Source: Thecamonas trahens ATCC 50062 (Eukaryota > Protista > Apusomonadida). Taken from it: a stretch of DNA of 53,614 bases. Shown here piece by piece: positions 29,832-41,208 of this stretch. The notes below the pieces were generated by a model that saw nothing but the letters and a program-made list of their open reading frames with translations, did no database searches and was not told the DNA's origin. A program made the translations under genes and the position numbers. Location: assembly GCF_000142905.1 (NCBI RefSeq), contig NW_013657639.1, positions 296,899 through 350,512 of the forward strand, written 5' to 3'. Each line of letters opens with the position of its first letter. Position 1 is the first letter of the stretch.

Positions 29832-32800
29832 TTAGCCATGGCTTGATCGATTGTTCGAGTTGGGCCTCAAGCTAAGGGTAAAGAGCGACTGGGTGGCGAT
29901 GGGCCTCTGTGTGGATGGGCTGCTGTCGGACGGGCTGCTGCTGTCGCTGCAGCGGCACTCAAGGTTACTTGTGGCGCCGTTGCCTAGGGTGGATGAGACG
30001 GCGTCGCTGTCATCAAGTGATAGCTCCTCGACCACGACCGGTAGCGATTGGGCGTGTGAGGCGCGGGAAGCTGAGGCAATGTCGCTCACGGTCATGTTGC
30101 GGCGCAAGGTCTGCTTCGCAGAGCGGGAGCGGGAGCGGGCGTGGAGGTGAGCGACGAGCTTGCGGCGCGAGCGCGGGGCGGGAGCAGCTGCGCATGAGCG
30201 GCGGCGCGGCGATGAGTGTGCGGACTGGAGGTCGGTGGTGAGCGCCGAGAGCGAGGCGGTCATCGGGGTACCAGCGCGCGGTGGTGGGCGGGTGGTGGTA
30301 GAAGCGCGCGAGGCCGACTCGATGGAGCTGGAAAGCATGTCGACCGAATGCGACGGCGAGAGCGAAGGCGAGCGCAGGCTCGGAGCGCGGAACGACGGTG
30401 AGCGGCGCATGCGGCGGATCGAATTCCGACGGCGGGTGGTGTGGGTGGAGAGGGAGGCGACACGGGCCTTGCGCGATGAGGTGCCGAGGACGGTGTCTGC
30501 AAACGCCGAGCCGGCAGTCTGCACGATCTTACTCCGGCTGGCGGTTGTCACCTCGCGCCGCGCCATCGTTCGCGTGGAGAGGCCGGTCCGGACCGGCGCG
30601 GCGTCGGACCGGGCCGCGGCCTCAAGCGTGAGCTTGGTGAGCAGGTCTGGAGACGACTCGCGCGCCGACGCACTCAATCCACGCCCGCTCGGCTCGTCGC
30701 GGTCAGTCTTCGAGCCACGCTCAGTCATGAGCGGGCCGCGCTCAATGACGGCCGGCAGCACCCCCTCCAGCACCTCTGGTGGAACGGGCCGCGCCGTTGT
30801 CGCAATTCGCTCTATCCTCTCCATGCCAAACTCCTGGGCGCGTCCGCCAAGCGCCATTGGGAGCACCTCCCAGACTTCGACTGTACCGGCGACCGCGTCA
30901 AAGGTGACATGCGCAAGCGGCGTGACCTGTATCGACAGTGACGAACCGAGCGCAGTAGCTTGGTCGGCGGCGCAGGCAGAGGCGAGGGCGTCGATGACCG
31001 GACGCGAGACGGTGATCTGGCCGCCAAAGCCGAGGTCTGATACGAGCGTCGCGAGGTTGACCATTCCGCCAAAGTATTGCGTCCGTCCAGCACGAGCGTC
31101 AAAGGTGGACGAGACGTTGCCGTAGTGGATGCCAATGCGGACGCGCGGCCCGTTCCACAGCTTGGCGTCGCTATCCGGCAGTGCGTTGAGGAGCCAGTCC
31201 GGCCAGGTTGCGGCATAAAGGCGTTCCTGGGCGGCAGTGCAGCAGCGAAGAGCGTCGGCGACGGTGGCAAAGGCAGCGAAAAAGGCGTCGCCCTCGGTCT
31301 TGAACTCGTAGCCGGCGTTGTTCTCGATAGCTCCGCGCATGATGGCGTTGTGAGTGTCGAGAACGTAGATCATCTCCTCAGGGCATGTCTCCCACAGCAT
31401 GGTTGAGTCCTGAATGTCGGTCGACATGATAAAGACAGCACCTTGCGGCGCCTTGCGGGCAAGCGTCGCCTGGTAGGCAATCACCGACGCCCGCTTCCGC
31501 CGGCGGTAGGTGAGGATGAGGGCAGCGAGGAGAACTAGGCAGAGGACCATGAACGAGCCACCCATGGCCATGCCGAGGGTCGGGGTCAGTCGCGAAGCCT
31601 GCGACGCGGCGCGCCCGCCGAGACACTGCGCCTCTGGCGAGACGCACTCGCCACACGGGTCGAGGACCAGGCCTGAGTTGGGAATGCCATCACATCCGAC
31701 ACATGCGCTGTTGTTGCCGTAGCAGACGGCGCAGTCGTCCTTGGCGAGGTTGGAGCCAAAGCAAACGCCGCAGTCGTCCTTGGCGACGTTTCCACCGCGG
31801 CAGACCCCACAGGTGTCACGATCGGAGTCGCCGCCAAAGCAGACGCCGCAAGAGTCGCGATCGACATTGCCGCGGAAGCACATCCCACAGTCGTCCTTGA
31901 AAAGTTGGCGGTGGGGATGAGCGAGGTGCCTCCGGTGCATGAGTTGCAGTCGTCGAGGGCGGCGGATCCCGCGCAGACTCCGACGCAGTCGTAGATAGCA
32001 GACGAGCCGAGGACTCCGTCGCAGCCCATGATGCACGACGTGCCATCACCACCACAGACGCCGCAGAGATCAAATAGCGCGCCGCCGTCGGACACTCGAA
32101 TCCCATCGCAGCCGACGCACGTCGAGTTGTCACCGTCGCACACGCCGCAAGCGTCGAGAATCCCCGACGCGCAGGTTGTGCACGTCAGATCCTGGCCAAA
32201 ACACACGCCGCACGAGTCGAGATGGTAGTTGTACGGGAGCGGAGTTGAGACGTTGCCGCCGGCGCACATGCCGCAATTGTCGACGGTGGCGTTGCCGCCG
32301 CACACGCCGTGGCAGTCGTAGTGGATGCCCGAGCCGTAGACGCCGTCGCAACCGACGTAGCACACAGTGGCGTTGCCGCCGCAATCGCCACATGCGTCGA
32401 AATGAGCGCCACCCGAGGGAATCGGAATGCCGTCGCAGCCGAGACAGGTTGATCCGTCGCCGTCGCACACACCGCATACATCGCGAACGAGGCCCGAGTT
32501 GGGAATGCCGTCGCAGCCGGCGCAGGTAGTGTTGGTGCCAAAGCAGACACTACAGTCGTCCTTGTGAACGTTGGCGCCGAAGCAGACACCGCAGTCGTCC
32601 TTGGCGGCGTTTTCGCCAAAGCACACACCACAATCGTCACGATCGGCATTCGGCGGGCGGCTGGTGACGCCGCCGGAACAGACGTTGCATGTGTCGAGGA
32701 TGGCGTTGCCGTCGCAGGTGCCAGCGCAGTCCATGCCGTTGGGATGAGCGCAGGTGGTGCAGGGCGCACCCGGGGTGAGACAGGCGTAGCCGGGCTCGAG

Positions 32801-34474
32801 CTGACATGATGACGAGCAGCCATCACCGGGAGCTGTGTTGCCATCGTCACAGGATTCGTGGCCGGGTGTGACGACCGAGTCACCGCAGGAGGAGGGCGGT
32901 GGAGACGGCGGTGGAAATGGTGGCGGTGGTGGAGAGGGCGGTGGCGGCGGGGGCGAGGGTGGCGGTGGAGGAGAGGGCGGCGGTGGTGGCGAGGGCGGCG
33001 GCGGCGGCGAGGGAGGAGGAGGGGGGGAGGGTGGCGGTGGTGGAGAGGGCGGCGGTGGCGGAGAGGGTGGCGGTGGTGGCGAGGGCGGCGGCGGCGGCGA
33101 GGGAGGAGGAGGGGGGGAGGGTGGTGGCGGCGGTGGCGGCGCAATGCAAACCGAGGGAGCAAGGCCGGAGCACGACCAGCCCGGCTCGAGAGTGCAAGTC
33201 GGCGAGCAGCCGTCGCCGGCGTCAGTGTTGCCGTCGTCACATGCCTCAGCGCCCTCGACGTAGCCGTCGGCGCAAGTGACCGGGTGGACAACCGTGGTGT
33301 GGGTGACGGCCGGAGTACGATAGCCTTGCTTGCAGATGCCCGCACCAGGGCTCCCGCCACAACCGAGCTGAGCCTGGTTGGAGGGATCGGAGACACCGTC
33401 AAGGCGGAAGAGGCCGACAAGGCCCGACTCACACCCAGTGAGGGTGGAGAAGCGGCGCAAGGCGATTTCGGTTGCCGAGAGCTCGTAGTCCCAGACGCGG
33501 ACGTCCCAGGTCCGTCCGGTGGGCGAGGTAAAGAAGCGGAGGCCCGCTGGTGCGTCGGCCGAACTCGCTTCGATGCCAAAGAGTGGACTGCTTTCAGCAA
33601 TGTAGGCGGAGACCTGGACACCATCAATGTAGATCTTCCACATGTCCGCGCTGTCGTCGTAGGTGCCGGCAAGGTGTATGTCGACACCTGTGAGGATAGT
33701 TCCATCCGGAGGGTCGCCCTCGTACACGATGCGGCCACTGATGTCTGTGGAGAACGACAGGGCCCTGTCGGCGAGCGCACCGGACGACTGGCCGTCGGGC
33801 GCGGCGTCAGGAACAAGGCGGACGCGGATTTGGTCCGTAGCCGTCCGAAAGTCAAAGTACGACCACCAGTAGGAGAGATCGAGCTCGTGGACCCACATCT
33901 CGACGCTCTTGTCGCCCGATATTTCCAAGCTGGGCGTACCAGTCGGAGCGTATACACAGTGCGGGGTGGCGAGCGGTGGCGGCGGGGTGACGGGCGATGC
34001 GCCTGTGGAGAGGCTCCTCACCCAGGTAAAGGCAAAGCCATCACCAGTTGTGGCGTCATCCGAGTCAAACTCGACAACCAGCTGAGGATAGTCAAAGAAC
34101 ATGGTCTGACCGACGTAGCTCTCTGCGCCATCGGTCATGGTAACGAGGAGGACAGCGGATGGCGATGCCGGGTCTGCTGTGGTATCGCCGCCCCAGATGC
34201 GAATGTAGTCAAAGCCAGACTCCAGATCAAACGCGGTCCATGTCAACTCCACGCCACCATGGAGATAATCAAAGGTGTACGTGCAGACTTGATTGTTGTC
34301 GTAGCCACCGGTGTGGGTGACTGTGCCGGAGACTTGTCCATTGGCGGAAGTATGAAGCTCGTTGGTGCAAGCCACGCCCGCCACTGGGCTGACCACATAC
34401 GTCATGGCGAGGACAACGAGAGAAAGGTAAAGGTAAAGAAGGCGGAGACGCCGTACACGCCTGCACGGTTGCAT
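29832..34474 (-). CDS. Receptor-type class III adenylate cyclase (CUB, LamG-like, Myxococcus Cys-rich repeats, SP5 stalk, DxCGVC repeats, TM, cyclase); apparent frameshift at 31900-31903
   Basis: Signal peptide; CUB (YDNNQVCTY..FDLESGFDYIRIW..VEFDSD..GDGF); EACDDGNT..GDGCS x2; many DxCGVC; TM; cyclase TDIQDSTMLWE, YEFKTEGDAF, RVRIGIHYG, YFGGMVN, GGQI. The two ORFs join seamlessly inside the Cys repeats. Confidence 0.88.
32895..33140 (-). repeat. Coding (SPPPPP)n extensin-like repeat
   Basis: About 12 Ser-Pro5 units in the cyclase ectodomain. Confidence 0.9.
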
Positions 34475-34895
34475 GCTCCCCGGCAACGGTAGGGTGGATG
34501 TGTAGAGAAAATGCCTTGGCCTCGCTCCTCCCTATACCATCCTCCCTCCGCCAAGAATGCGGCACATCGTGCCCACTGCTTGGGTCGGAATGGGGTGGCG
34601 GCAAAAAAAGGGGTTCGTAGCGCGCATTTTTCGACTGTCACGAATGCGCGGTACCGGGTGGGGATGGGGATTGAGGTGGGGCAGTGTGGAGATGGGTCTG
34701 ATGAGGATGGTGTCTGAGGGAGTGGGGTGGATGGGAGGTGGGTGGATGGAAGGTGGATGGAGGAGGGGGGGGGGCTGGGAGGGTGATGAGAGTAATGAGC
34801 GTGATGATATCAAAGGAGTTTGGTGGGACTGATGTGCGTTGGCTGTCAAGCAGCCGTGGCAAGAGAGCGGGGCGACCTGACGACCAATGGAACGA

Positions 34896-35008
34896 TCGTT
34901 GCCCATGGTTAGTCGTTGCCCATGGTTAGTCGATGCCCATGGTTTGTCGTTGCCCATGGTTTGTCGTTGCCCATGGTTTGTCGTTGCCCATGGTTAGTCG
35001 TTGCCCAT
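34896..35008. repeat. 17-bp tandem repeat TCGTTGCCCATGGTT(A/T)G, about 6.6 copies
   Basis: Units start at 34896, 34913, 34930, 34947, 34964, 34981 and 34998 (partial). No spacers. Confidence 0.95.
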
Positions 35009-35135
35009 CATCCATCGCCGCCGCCATTTCTTGCGCTATCGGACGTGCTCTTCATTGATGGACCACATGGGCCTTGTTGCTCGTCGCCGACGCGGCGCAG
35101 GGGCGACTCGAACACTCACACCTCTCACGCAGCGT

Positions 35136-36587
35136 ATGAGCAACGGGAAGGAGGAGCGGGCACATATTGTGCTAGCACGCTACGGAGTGCGGGCATGTGG
35201 GCTGGTGGAGAACGTGGGGCCGTTTGACATGGTGTTGGCGGAAGAGGGGATGAGGCAGGCGGAGGCGCTGGGCGAAGTGCTGGCAGCGGGCGGCGATGGG
35301 AGCGGGCTGGTGGTGCCTGTGCCGGACATGGTGCTGTGCTCGCCGTTTAGGCGGGCTGCGCTGACGGGTCATGTTGTGGCCAAGACGATCGGTGTTGCCA
35401 TGGGCGTGGAGATGGGCTTGACCGAGTGGCTGACGCCGTCGCTGGTGGGCGGGCCGGGCTCGCAGGTCCCGGTCGTGTACAGCCCGTTCTCGGCGCGCGA
35501 CCACTACGACGGGGTGTGGCAGGCAGCGGATGCCGAGAGCGACGGCTTTGAGCCTCTCACTACCATTGATGTCGGATACGCGTCTGTCGACGCGCCACAG
35601 TTTCCCGAGACCGAGGGCGAGCTGGTGACGCGTGCGCAGCGGGTGCTCGATGCGCTGATGGTGCGCGGGGTGGTGGGCAAGGGCAGGTGCGTGGTCATTG
35701 TGTCGCACGCGCCGGTTCTCCTTGCACTCGCTATGTGTTTGGAGGGCAGCGCAGGGGTGCCGGGTAGCTCTGCGCTGCAGCCGTATCCGCTCGGCGGAGT
35801 GACGCACTTTTCGTCGCCGGCGCCGGAGCTTGGGGTGTGGACGTTGCACAGCAACGGGTACACCGGGCACTTGTCTGGCGAGGCACGGAACGGGATTCAG
35901 CGGTGGACGCTGCCGTGTCTTCAGGGCGCAGGAGTGCCGATGAGCCGCGCCGAGCTCGCGGCGCTGTACGACGAGCGGAGCGCGCTCGAGGCGTCGATGG
36001 CGGCGCTGGCGTCGACGCTGACGGGCGAGGGTGGGCCAGGGCTCAGCGGCAACCTGGTTGACAGCAACGGCTTTCCGCGAGACGACATCGACGTGGTGAC
36101 GGTGCGGCAGACGCGCAACACGTTGGCGCGGATGAAGACCGACCACCGGGCGCTATCAAAGCGGATCGAGGACGGCGTATTTGCGCTGATGGCGGCAGGC
36201 AGCAGCAGCGCCGGCGGGCGTGAGGATGGCAAAGGCAAGGCGGAAGCCGAGGCAAGGGCAAGTGTTGCCGGCGAGGATGCACGCGAGTCTGGGCCGCTGG
36301 CAGCGACGGCTGGGCTTGCGCCGATCGCGGTTGTCAACTCGGTGGCCGACAACTCGCCGGCGGCAGCAGCTGGGCTCTGCGTTGGCGACGCGATAGTGAG
36401 CATTGGCGACATCGACGCGCGCAACTGGGGCGGGGCCATGGGCCCGATCGGCTCGCTCGTTGCCAACTCGGAGGGCAAGGCGCTGACGGTTGTGGTGGAG
36501 CGCGGGAGCAAGTCGCTGGCGCTCGAGCTTGTGCCCGGGCGGTGGGCCGGACGCGGGCTGCTGGGGTGCCACATTGTGCCTTACTAA
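35136..36587 (+). CDS. PSMD9: Histidine-phosphatase-fold domain fused to proteasome chaperone PSMD9/Nas2 (Nas2_N + PDZ)
   Basis: N-half: IVLARYG, L..EGMRQA, CSPFRRA..T, GLTEW, FPET, VIVSHA. C-half from 35940: LVDSNGFPRDDIDVVTVRQTR, VNSVADNSPAAAAGL, WAGRGLLGCHI. One open frame. Confidence 0.85.
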   Translation: MSNGKEERAHIVLARYGVRACGLVENVGPFDMVLAEEGMRQAEALGEVLAAGGDGSGLVVPVPDMVLCSPFRRAALTGHVVAKTIGVAMGVEMGLTEWLTPSLVGGPGSQVPVVYSPFSARDHYDGVWQAADAESDGFEPLTTIDVGYASVDAPQFPETEGELVTRAQRVLDALMVRGVVGKGRCVVIVSHAPVLLALAMCLEGSAGVPGSSALQPYPLGGVTHFSSPAPELGVWTLHSNGYTGHLSGEARNGIQRWTLPCLQGAGVPMSRAELAALYDERSALEASMAALASTLTGEGGPGLSGNLVDSNGFPRDDIDVVTVRQTRNTLARMKTDHRALSKRIEDGVFALMAAGSSSAGGREDGKGKAEAEARASVAGEDARESGPLAATAGLAPIAVVNSVADNSPAAAAGLCVGDAIVSIGDIDARNWGGAMGPIGSLVANSEGKALTVVVERGSKSLALELVPGRWAGRGLLGCHIVPY

Positions 36588-36638
36588 GCGAATAACAGCA
36601 GCGAGCGAAAGTATGTGTGTATTGAAGTTAGGCGTCGG

Positions 36639-38618
36639 CTACACCTCGTCAACAGCAATTTCGTCGGCCGGCTTGACGGCATCCATGTCGACGGCGGGGT
36701 CATCGGCCGGCTTGGGGCGAGCAGACGACTTGTCGCCGCCCTTGAGGACAACGGCGACGACGACGGCGACGATAGCAACGAGAACGACGGCACCGGCGAC
36801 ACTGCCGCCAATGATGGCGCCCTTGTGCTTCTCAAAGGTTGACTTTCCGGCAACCGGGACGACCGGGCAGCCGACGATGTCATTCTCGCGATAGATCTCT
36901 GTGGCGGTGCACTGGTTGGTAGTGGTGGCGTCTGTGGCCTCGATGATCGGGGTGTCCGACGCGCAGTTGCGGACGCGGTACGAGAGGTAGGCCTGGACGG
37001 GGCCATAGAGGCCCGAATCCTTGTCCTTGTTGGCATCGTCGGGCAGGCAGCCGACGCAGCAAACAAACTTGGCGATGTCGGTCTGGACAGCGACCGGGAA
37101 GGAGTGGGCGTGGGCAGCGAGGACGGTGTTGAGGACGGCGGTGGGGGCGACCGAGGCGTCGGCGAGGCCAAAGTGACGGGCGACGGCAAATGCCTCCTTG
37201 CGACAGAGGTCGTCATACTGGAGCTGCTGCGCAACGCACTTGCCCCACGAGCCGGAGCACCGGCAGACGGCGGTCTTGCCCGAGACCGAGCAGACCGAGG
37301 CGCCGCCCCAGTCGTAGACGTCGCACGGAGTGCCGGCGATGCGCTGGCAGACTGGATTGCGGAGACCGGCGCAGCGCGAGCCCGGGCGGCACACAATGTC
37401 GCCGTCGAGGCATGGCTGGCCGTCAGGGACCGAGTTGGGCGCGAGCGAGCAGACGCCACGCGACGAGCAGTGCTGCGACTCGCACTCGACGTCGGCCGAG
37501 CACGGCATGCCTGCCGGAGCCGAGAAGGCAGTGATGCAGACCGACGAGTTGCAGGCAAGGCCGGTGGCGCACTCGCGGTGGAAGGAGCAGGCCTCGCCGG
37601 CGGCGCGCGGGGCAGAGCAGTTGTACACGCCAACAACCGGGTCGAGAATGCAGGCGTTACCTTGCGCGCAATCGTACTTGTTTGCGTTGCAGTGCATGCC
37701 CGAGGTGGCGGTCGGCTCGATGCCGGCGCACACGCCGTTGACGCACGCCGTCGTCCGGTTGGCAGCCTCAAACGAGCCGAGCGAAGAGCACTGGCGGTCG
37801 TGGGTGCACGACGCGCCCGGAGGAAGGTTGCCCGGCCGGCATGTGCCGGAGAGGCTTCCAGAGGCTCCGATGCAGATGCCCGACTGGCACCACGAGTCGG
37901 CAGAGCACGCGCAGCCGGCAGCGGTGTTGCCGGTGGCAAACTCGCGCTCGCAGAGCCCGTTCTTGCAGGCAAAGAAGCCTGGCTCATCACACTCACCAAA
38001 GCAATCCTGGAACTCGGCCACAAAGGAAGGCAACGAAGGCGGCGGGCTATGGCAAAGTTCACCAAGGCTGCGCTTGGGCTTGTTCTTCACACACATGCCT
38101 GAAGCAGGAAAGGGAAGGGGGGGGGGGTTAACCGTGAGTCGGTGGCGTTGCGAAACGCAGTCGAGACGAGAGGGACACAGGGGGTTGGGGTTGGGGGTTG
38201 GGGAGGGGAAGGGGGGAGGTTTGGGAGAAGGGGGTGAGGGAGAGGGAAAGAGGGAATATGGGGAGTGTGTGTGTGCGTGTGTGGAGGGGGGGTTGGGGGG
38301 AAAGGGGCGTGGGGGCTGGGGGTGCGCGGGTGGGGGGGTCATGGCCGGAAGGCGGCTCGACTGTTTTTTGCGCTGCGAGGGGAAAGCGGGGGAGGGGAGG
38401 GGGGGGGGGGGGGGAGGGGGGATGGAGCAGGGCTTACCATTGCAGCAGAGCGGGGGAATGACATCGTCACTTCTCCTTGCGGGGTCAGTTGTACCAGTAC
38501 CATGGCAGTCGGCGGAGGTGAAGCACTTGCGGTCAGCACCGCAGTATCCGGAACGGGTCGGTCGAGCCACTGCAACGGCCACCAACAACGCCAACAGAAG
38601 CACTGCCCGAAGGAACAT
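36639..38618 (-). CDS. Cysteine-rich type I membrane surface protein; exons 38618-38438 and 38098-36639
   Basis: Signal peptide MFLRAVLLLALLVAVAVA, repeated GxxCxxxxxCxxxxC modules and a C-terminal TM GAIIGGSVAGAVVLVAIVAVVVAVVL. Intron GTAAGC...TTCAG. Confidence 0.85.
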   Translation of the reverse strand: MFLRAVLLLALLVAVAVARPTRSGYCGADRKCFTSADCHGTGTTDPARRSDDVIPPLCCNGKPCSIPPPPPPPLPSPAFPSQRKKQSSRLPAMTPPPAHPQPPRPFPPNPPSTHAHTHSPYSLFPSPSPPSPKPPPFPSPTPNPNPLCPSRLDCVSQRHRLTVNPPPLPFPASGMCVKNKPKRSLGELCHSPPPSLPSFVAEFQDCFGECDEPGFFACKNGLCEREFATGNTAAGCACSADSWCQSGICIGASGSLSGTCRPGNLPPGASCTHDRQCSSLGSFEAANRTTACVNGVCAGIEPTATSGMHCNANKYDCAQGNACILDPVVGVYNCSAPRAAGEACSFHRECATGLACNSSVCITAFSAPAGMPCSADVECESQHCSSRGVCSLAPNSVPDGQPCLDGDIVCRPGSRCAGLRNPVCQRIAGTPCDVYDWGGASVCSVSGKTAVCRCSGSWGKCVAQQLQYDDLCRKEAFAVARHFGLADASVAPTAVLNTVLAAHAHSFPVAVQTDIAKFVCCVGCLPDDANKDKDSGLYGPVQAYLSYRVRNCASDTPIIEATDATTTNQCTATEIYRENDIVGCPVVPVAGKSTFEKHKGAIIGGSVAGAVVLVAIVAVVVAVVLKGGDKSSARPKPADDPAVDMDAVKPADEIAVDEV

Positions 38619-39329
38619 TGCAGAGGGTGCAAGCTGCAGACAGGTGTGTACACACGCCGAGAGGGCAGGGAAGGGACACAGGTGAGCGAGGTGCGTGGAG
38701 GGGGGGGAGGAAGGGGGGAGGAAGAGTGAGGAGAAGGGGATAAGGAGGATGTTGGGAGGGTGTTGCTGTAGCTGTTGTGGCTGGATACAGCGGTGGGGAA
38801 GGGGGGGGGGGAGGCCGTGCAATCACTGCCGTGGTGCACGGTTGCCAACAGCGGATTCGCTTCCAACCTTACCAACCAGCGTGGGTTTGCGAAGCGGGGG
38901 GTGAGGGGAGCGGAGGTCAAGGAGCGTACAGTTCGCATAGCTGGGGTTCGGTTGTGGGCTGGGGTGTGGAGTGTGTGTATGAGTATGTATAAGAGAGAGG
39001 GAGAAAGTAAGTGTGTGTATGTGTGTGTGTGTGGGGTGGGGGGGTGGATGCGTGGAAGGGCGTGGTCATGGTTGGAAGCAACGGGCGATCGATCGGTGGG
39101 TTGGCANNNNNNNNNNNNNNNNNNNNNNNNNNNNNNNNNNNNNNNNNNNNNNNNNNNNNNNNNNNNNNNNNNNNNNNNNNNNNNNNNNNNNNNNNNNNNN
39201 NNNNNNNNNNNNNNNNNNNNNNNNNNNNNNNNNNNNNNNNNNNNNNNNNNNNNNAATGGCACACCAATACCACCCCCCCCCCCTCCTCCATACACTCTTC
39301 CTTGTTTCAAGCAAGCGTACTGGTGAGAG

Positions 39330-41141
39330 ATGAAGGTGTTCGAGGTGGCAGTTGTGCTTGCTGCACTTGTGGTGTTGGCTTCTGCCTCCAGTCCGCCCAC
39401 GCATGGGACGTGCTCCCCCGTCAAGGACTGTGCTATCAACTCGGACTGCGACACCAACCTTTGCTGTAATAGTACGTTCCAACAATCATGTCGCTGCAAA
39501 TGAAGGCACCGACGTTGGACCGTTCCGTAACCGCCGCCCTCCCTCAACCCGGCGTCCCACGGGCAAGAGCAAGTCCAACAGCAAAGTGACATGCTCTACA
39601 AGGTTATGCAACCGTGGTCGACCGAGTTGGACTACCTGGAGCATATGGGACGTTGCGGTGCTTGTTTATGGCCTGCGGGCGCGTGTGGCTGTGGCTACGT
39701 GCGTGGACCGAGGCCAGTCAGCCGTGCGACAGCGATTGTTCGGTTTCTCTTTTTTTTTTTCGGCCAGGGGGAGGGGGATGGGGGGGGGGGGGGGAGGGGG
39801 GGGGGTTCAGGAGTGGTACTCATGGGCGCGATGGGTGCAGACAAGTGCGTGGAGCCGACAATGTCGCTGCTGGGTGAGACGTGCGACAACTCGTGCCTCG
39901 GGTACTGTGACTTGTCGGGCTCTGACGCAAGGTGCAACAACAATCGGTGCGAGCGGCGGGTTGTGGGCTCGTCGACAAGCGCGCGGCCGGGGATCGGGTG
40001 CATGTGCGACGGATCGTGCGGGGCGAACATGGCGTGCGATTACAACGCAACACGTGCTGCGTCGCTCAACGTGTGCCGGTTCAACAGCGTGCTTCCTGCC
40101 GGGGCCAAGTGCACGGCGTCGTCCGAGTGTGTGGGCTCACAGACGTGCGACAACGGGGTGTGCACCGGGAGGGCGCTCAACGACTTGTGCTCGCTGAGCG
40201 TGATGGACTGCGCGCCGCCTGCGGTGTGCATTACGGAGGAGGCGGCCGACTCTACGGTGACGCGGTGCCTCACGCCGCGGACGGCTGGGGCCAAGTGCAT
40301 CCGCGACGCCGACTGCCAGTCTGCGTCATGCGACACGAGCAAGCGGGTTTGCGTTGAGCGGTTCTCGGTGCCTGCGGGCGGCAACTGCACGTCCGATGCG
40401 GCGTGCGAGTCGCACCATTGTGGGACAGATGCGTTTGGCTCGATGTCGCCCGGGCGGTGCTCCGAGACGGTGCGTACGCGCGGAGCCGGCGGCAAGTGCC
40501 CGAACGGCGACATCAACTGCCAGCCTGGGCACTTGTGCATCGGGACCGAGGATAAGGAGTGCGCCGACGTGAGAGGAATTGACTGCCTCAACGGCGCGTC
40601 ATGCGGCAACGGCGCGTGCTCGTGTGCCGGGTCATCGCTCAAGTGCTTCCCGCGCAACTACCCGCCGGCCGAGTGCGACGCGGCCAAGTACGACTTGTTT
40701 GCGGCGGTGCCGTCGTACGTCTCGACGCCGATCTCGTACATGCGCTCGCTCACATCGTTTGCCTTTGTCCTTCCGTACAACCGGTACCCGAGCCAGCTGC
40801 AGGATCTGACGGCCAAGTACTTTTGCTGCCTCCTCACCAAGGGCTCGATCGGATACAATGAGTTTATCAACACTGCCCGTGTGCAGGCGTTTGCCTCGAC
40901 CAAGCTCGATTGCAAGGCCGACCCGCCGGTGTGGATCGACGTCGATGCCGCCGACCCGACTGCCACGCCCAAGCGGTGCACGCTCACGGAGCGGCTGACC
41001 GTCGATGACCTGGTGGTGGGCGGCAACGCTAACTCGGCGCCGATGCTCGGCCAGCTCTCGGCCGCCAGCGCCGTCGCGCCGTCGCTTGTTGTTTCGGCTC
41101 TGGCCGCATCGCTGGTTGCAGGGCTGGTTGCCATGTTGTGA
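39330..41141 (+). CDS. Cysteine-rich, probably GPI-anchored surface protein (paralog of 36639-38618); exons 39330-39471 and 39841-41141
   Basis: Exon 1 (not in the ORF track) reads MKVFEVAVVLAALVVLASASSPPTHGTCSPVKDCAINSDCDTNLCCN. Phase-1 intron GTACGT...GCAG. Hydrophobic C-terminus with no cytosolic tail. Confidence 0.85.
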
Positions 41142-41208
41142 AGAAACGCGGATAAAGTGTTCAAGCATGCGCTGTGTTTGTGCAGGAGACGAGTGGGGAA
41201 GCCGGCAG

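Noticed and set aside
34896-35008. CRISPR-like array
   Set aside because: Repeats are contiguous with no spacers, no cas genes are present, and the context is eukaryotic.
38099-38437. Pro-rich insertion in the Cys-rich protein
   Set aside because: It is an in-frame, stop-free intron bounded by GTAAGC and CAG at the same position as the paralog's intron.
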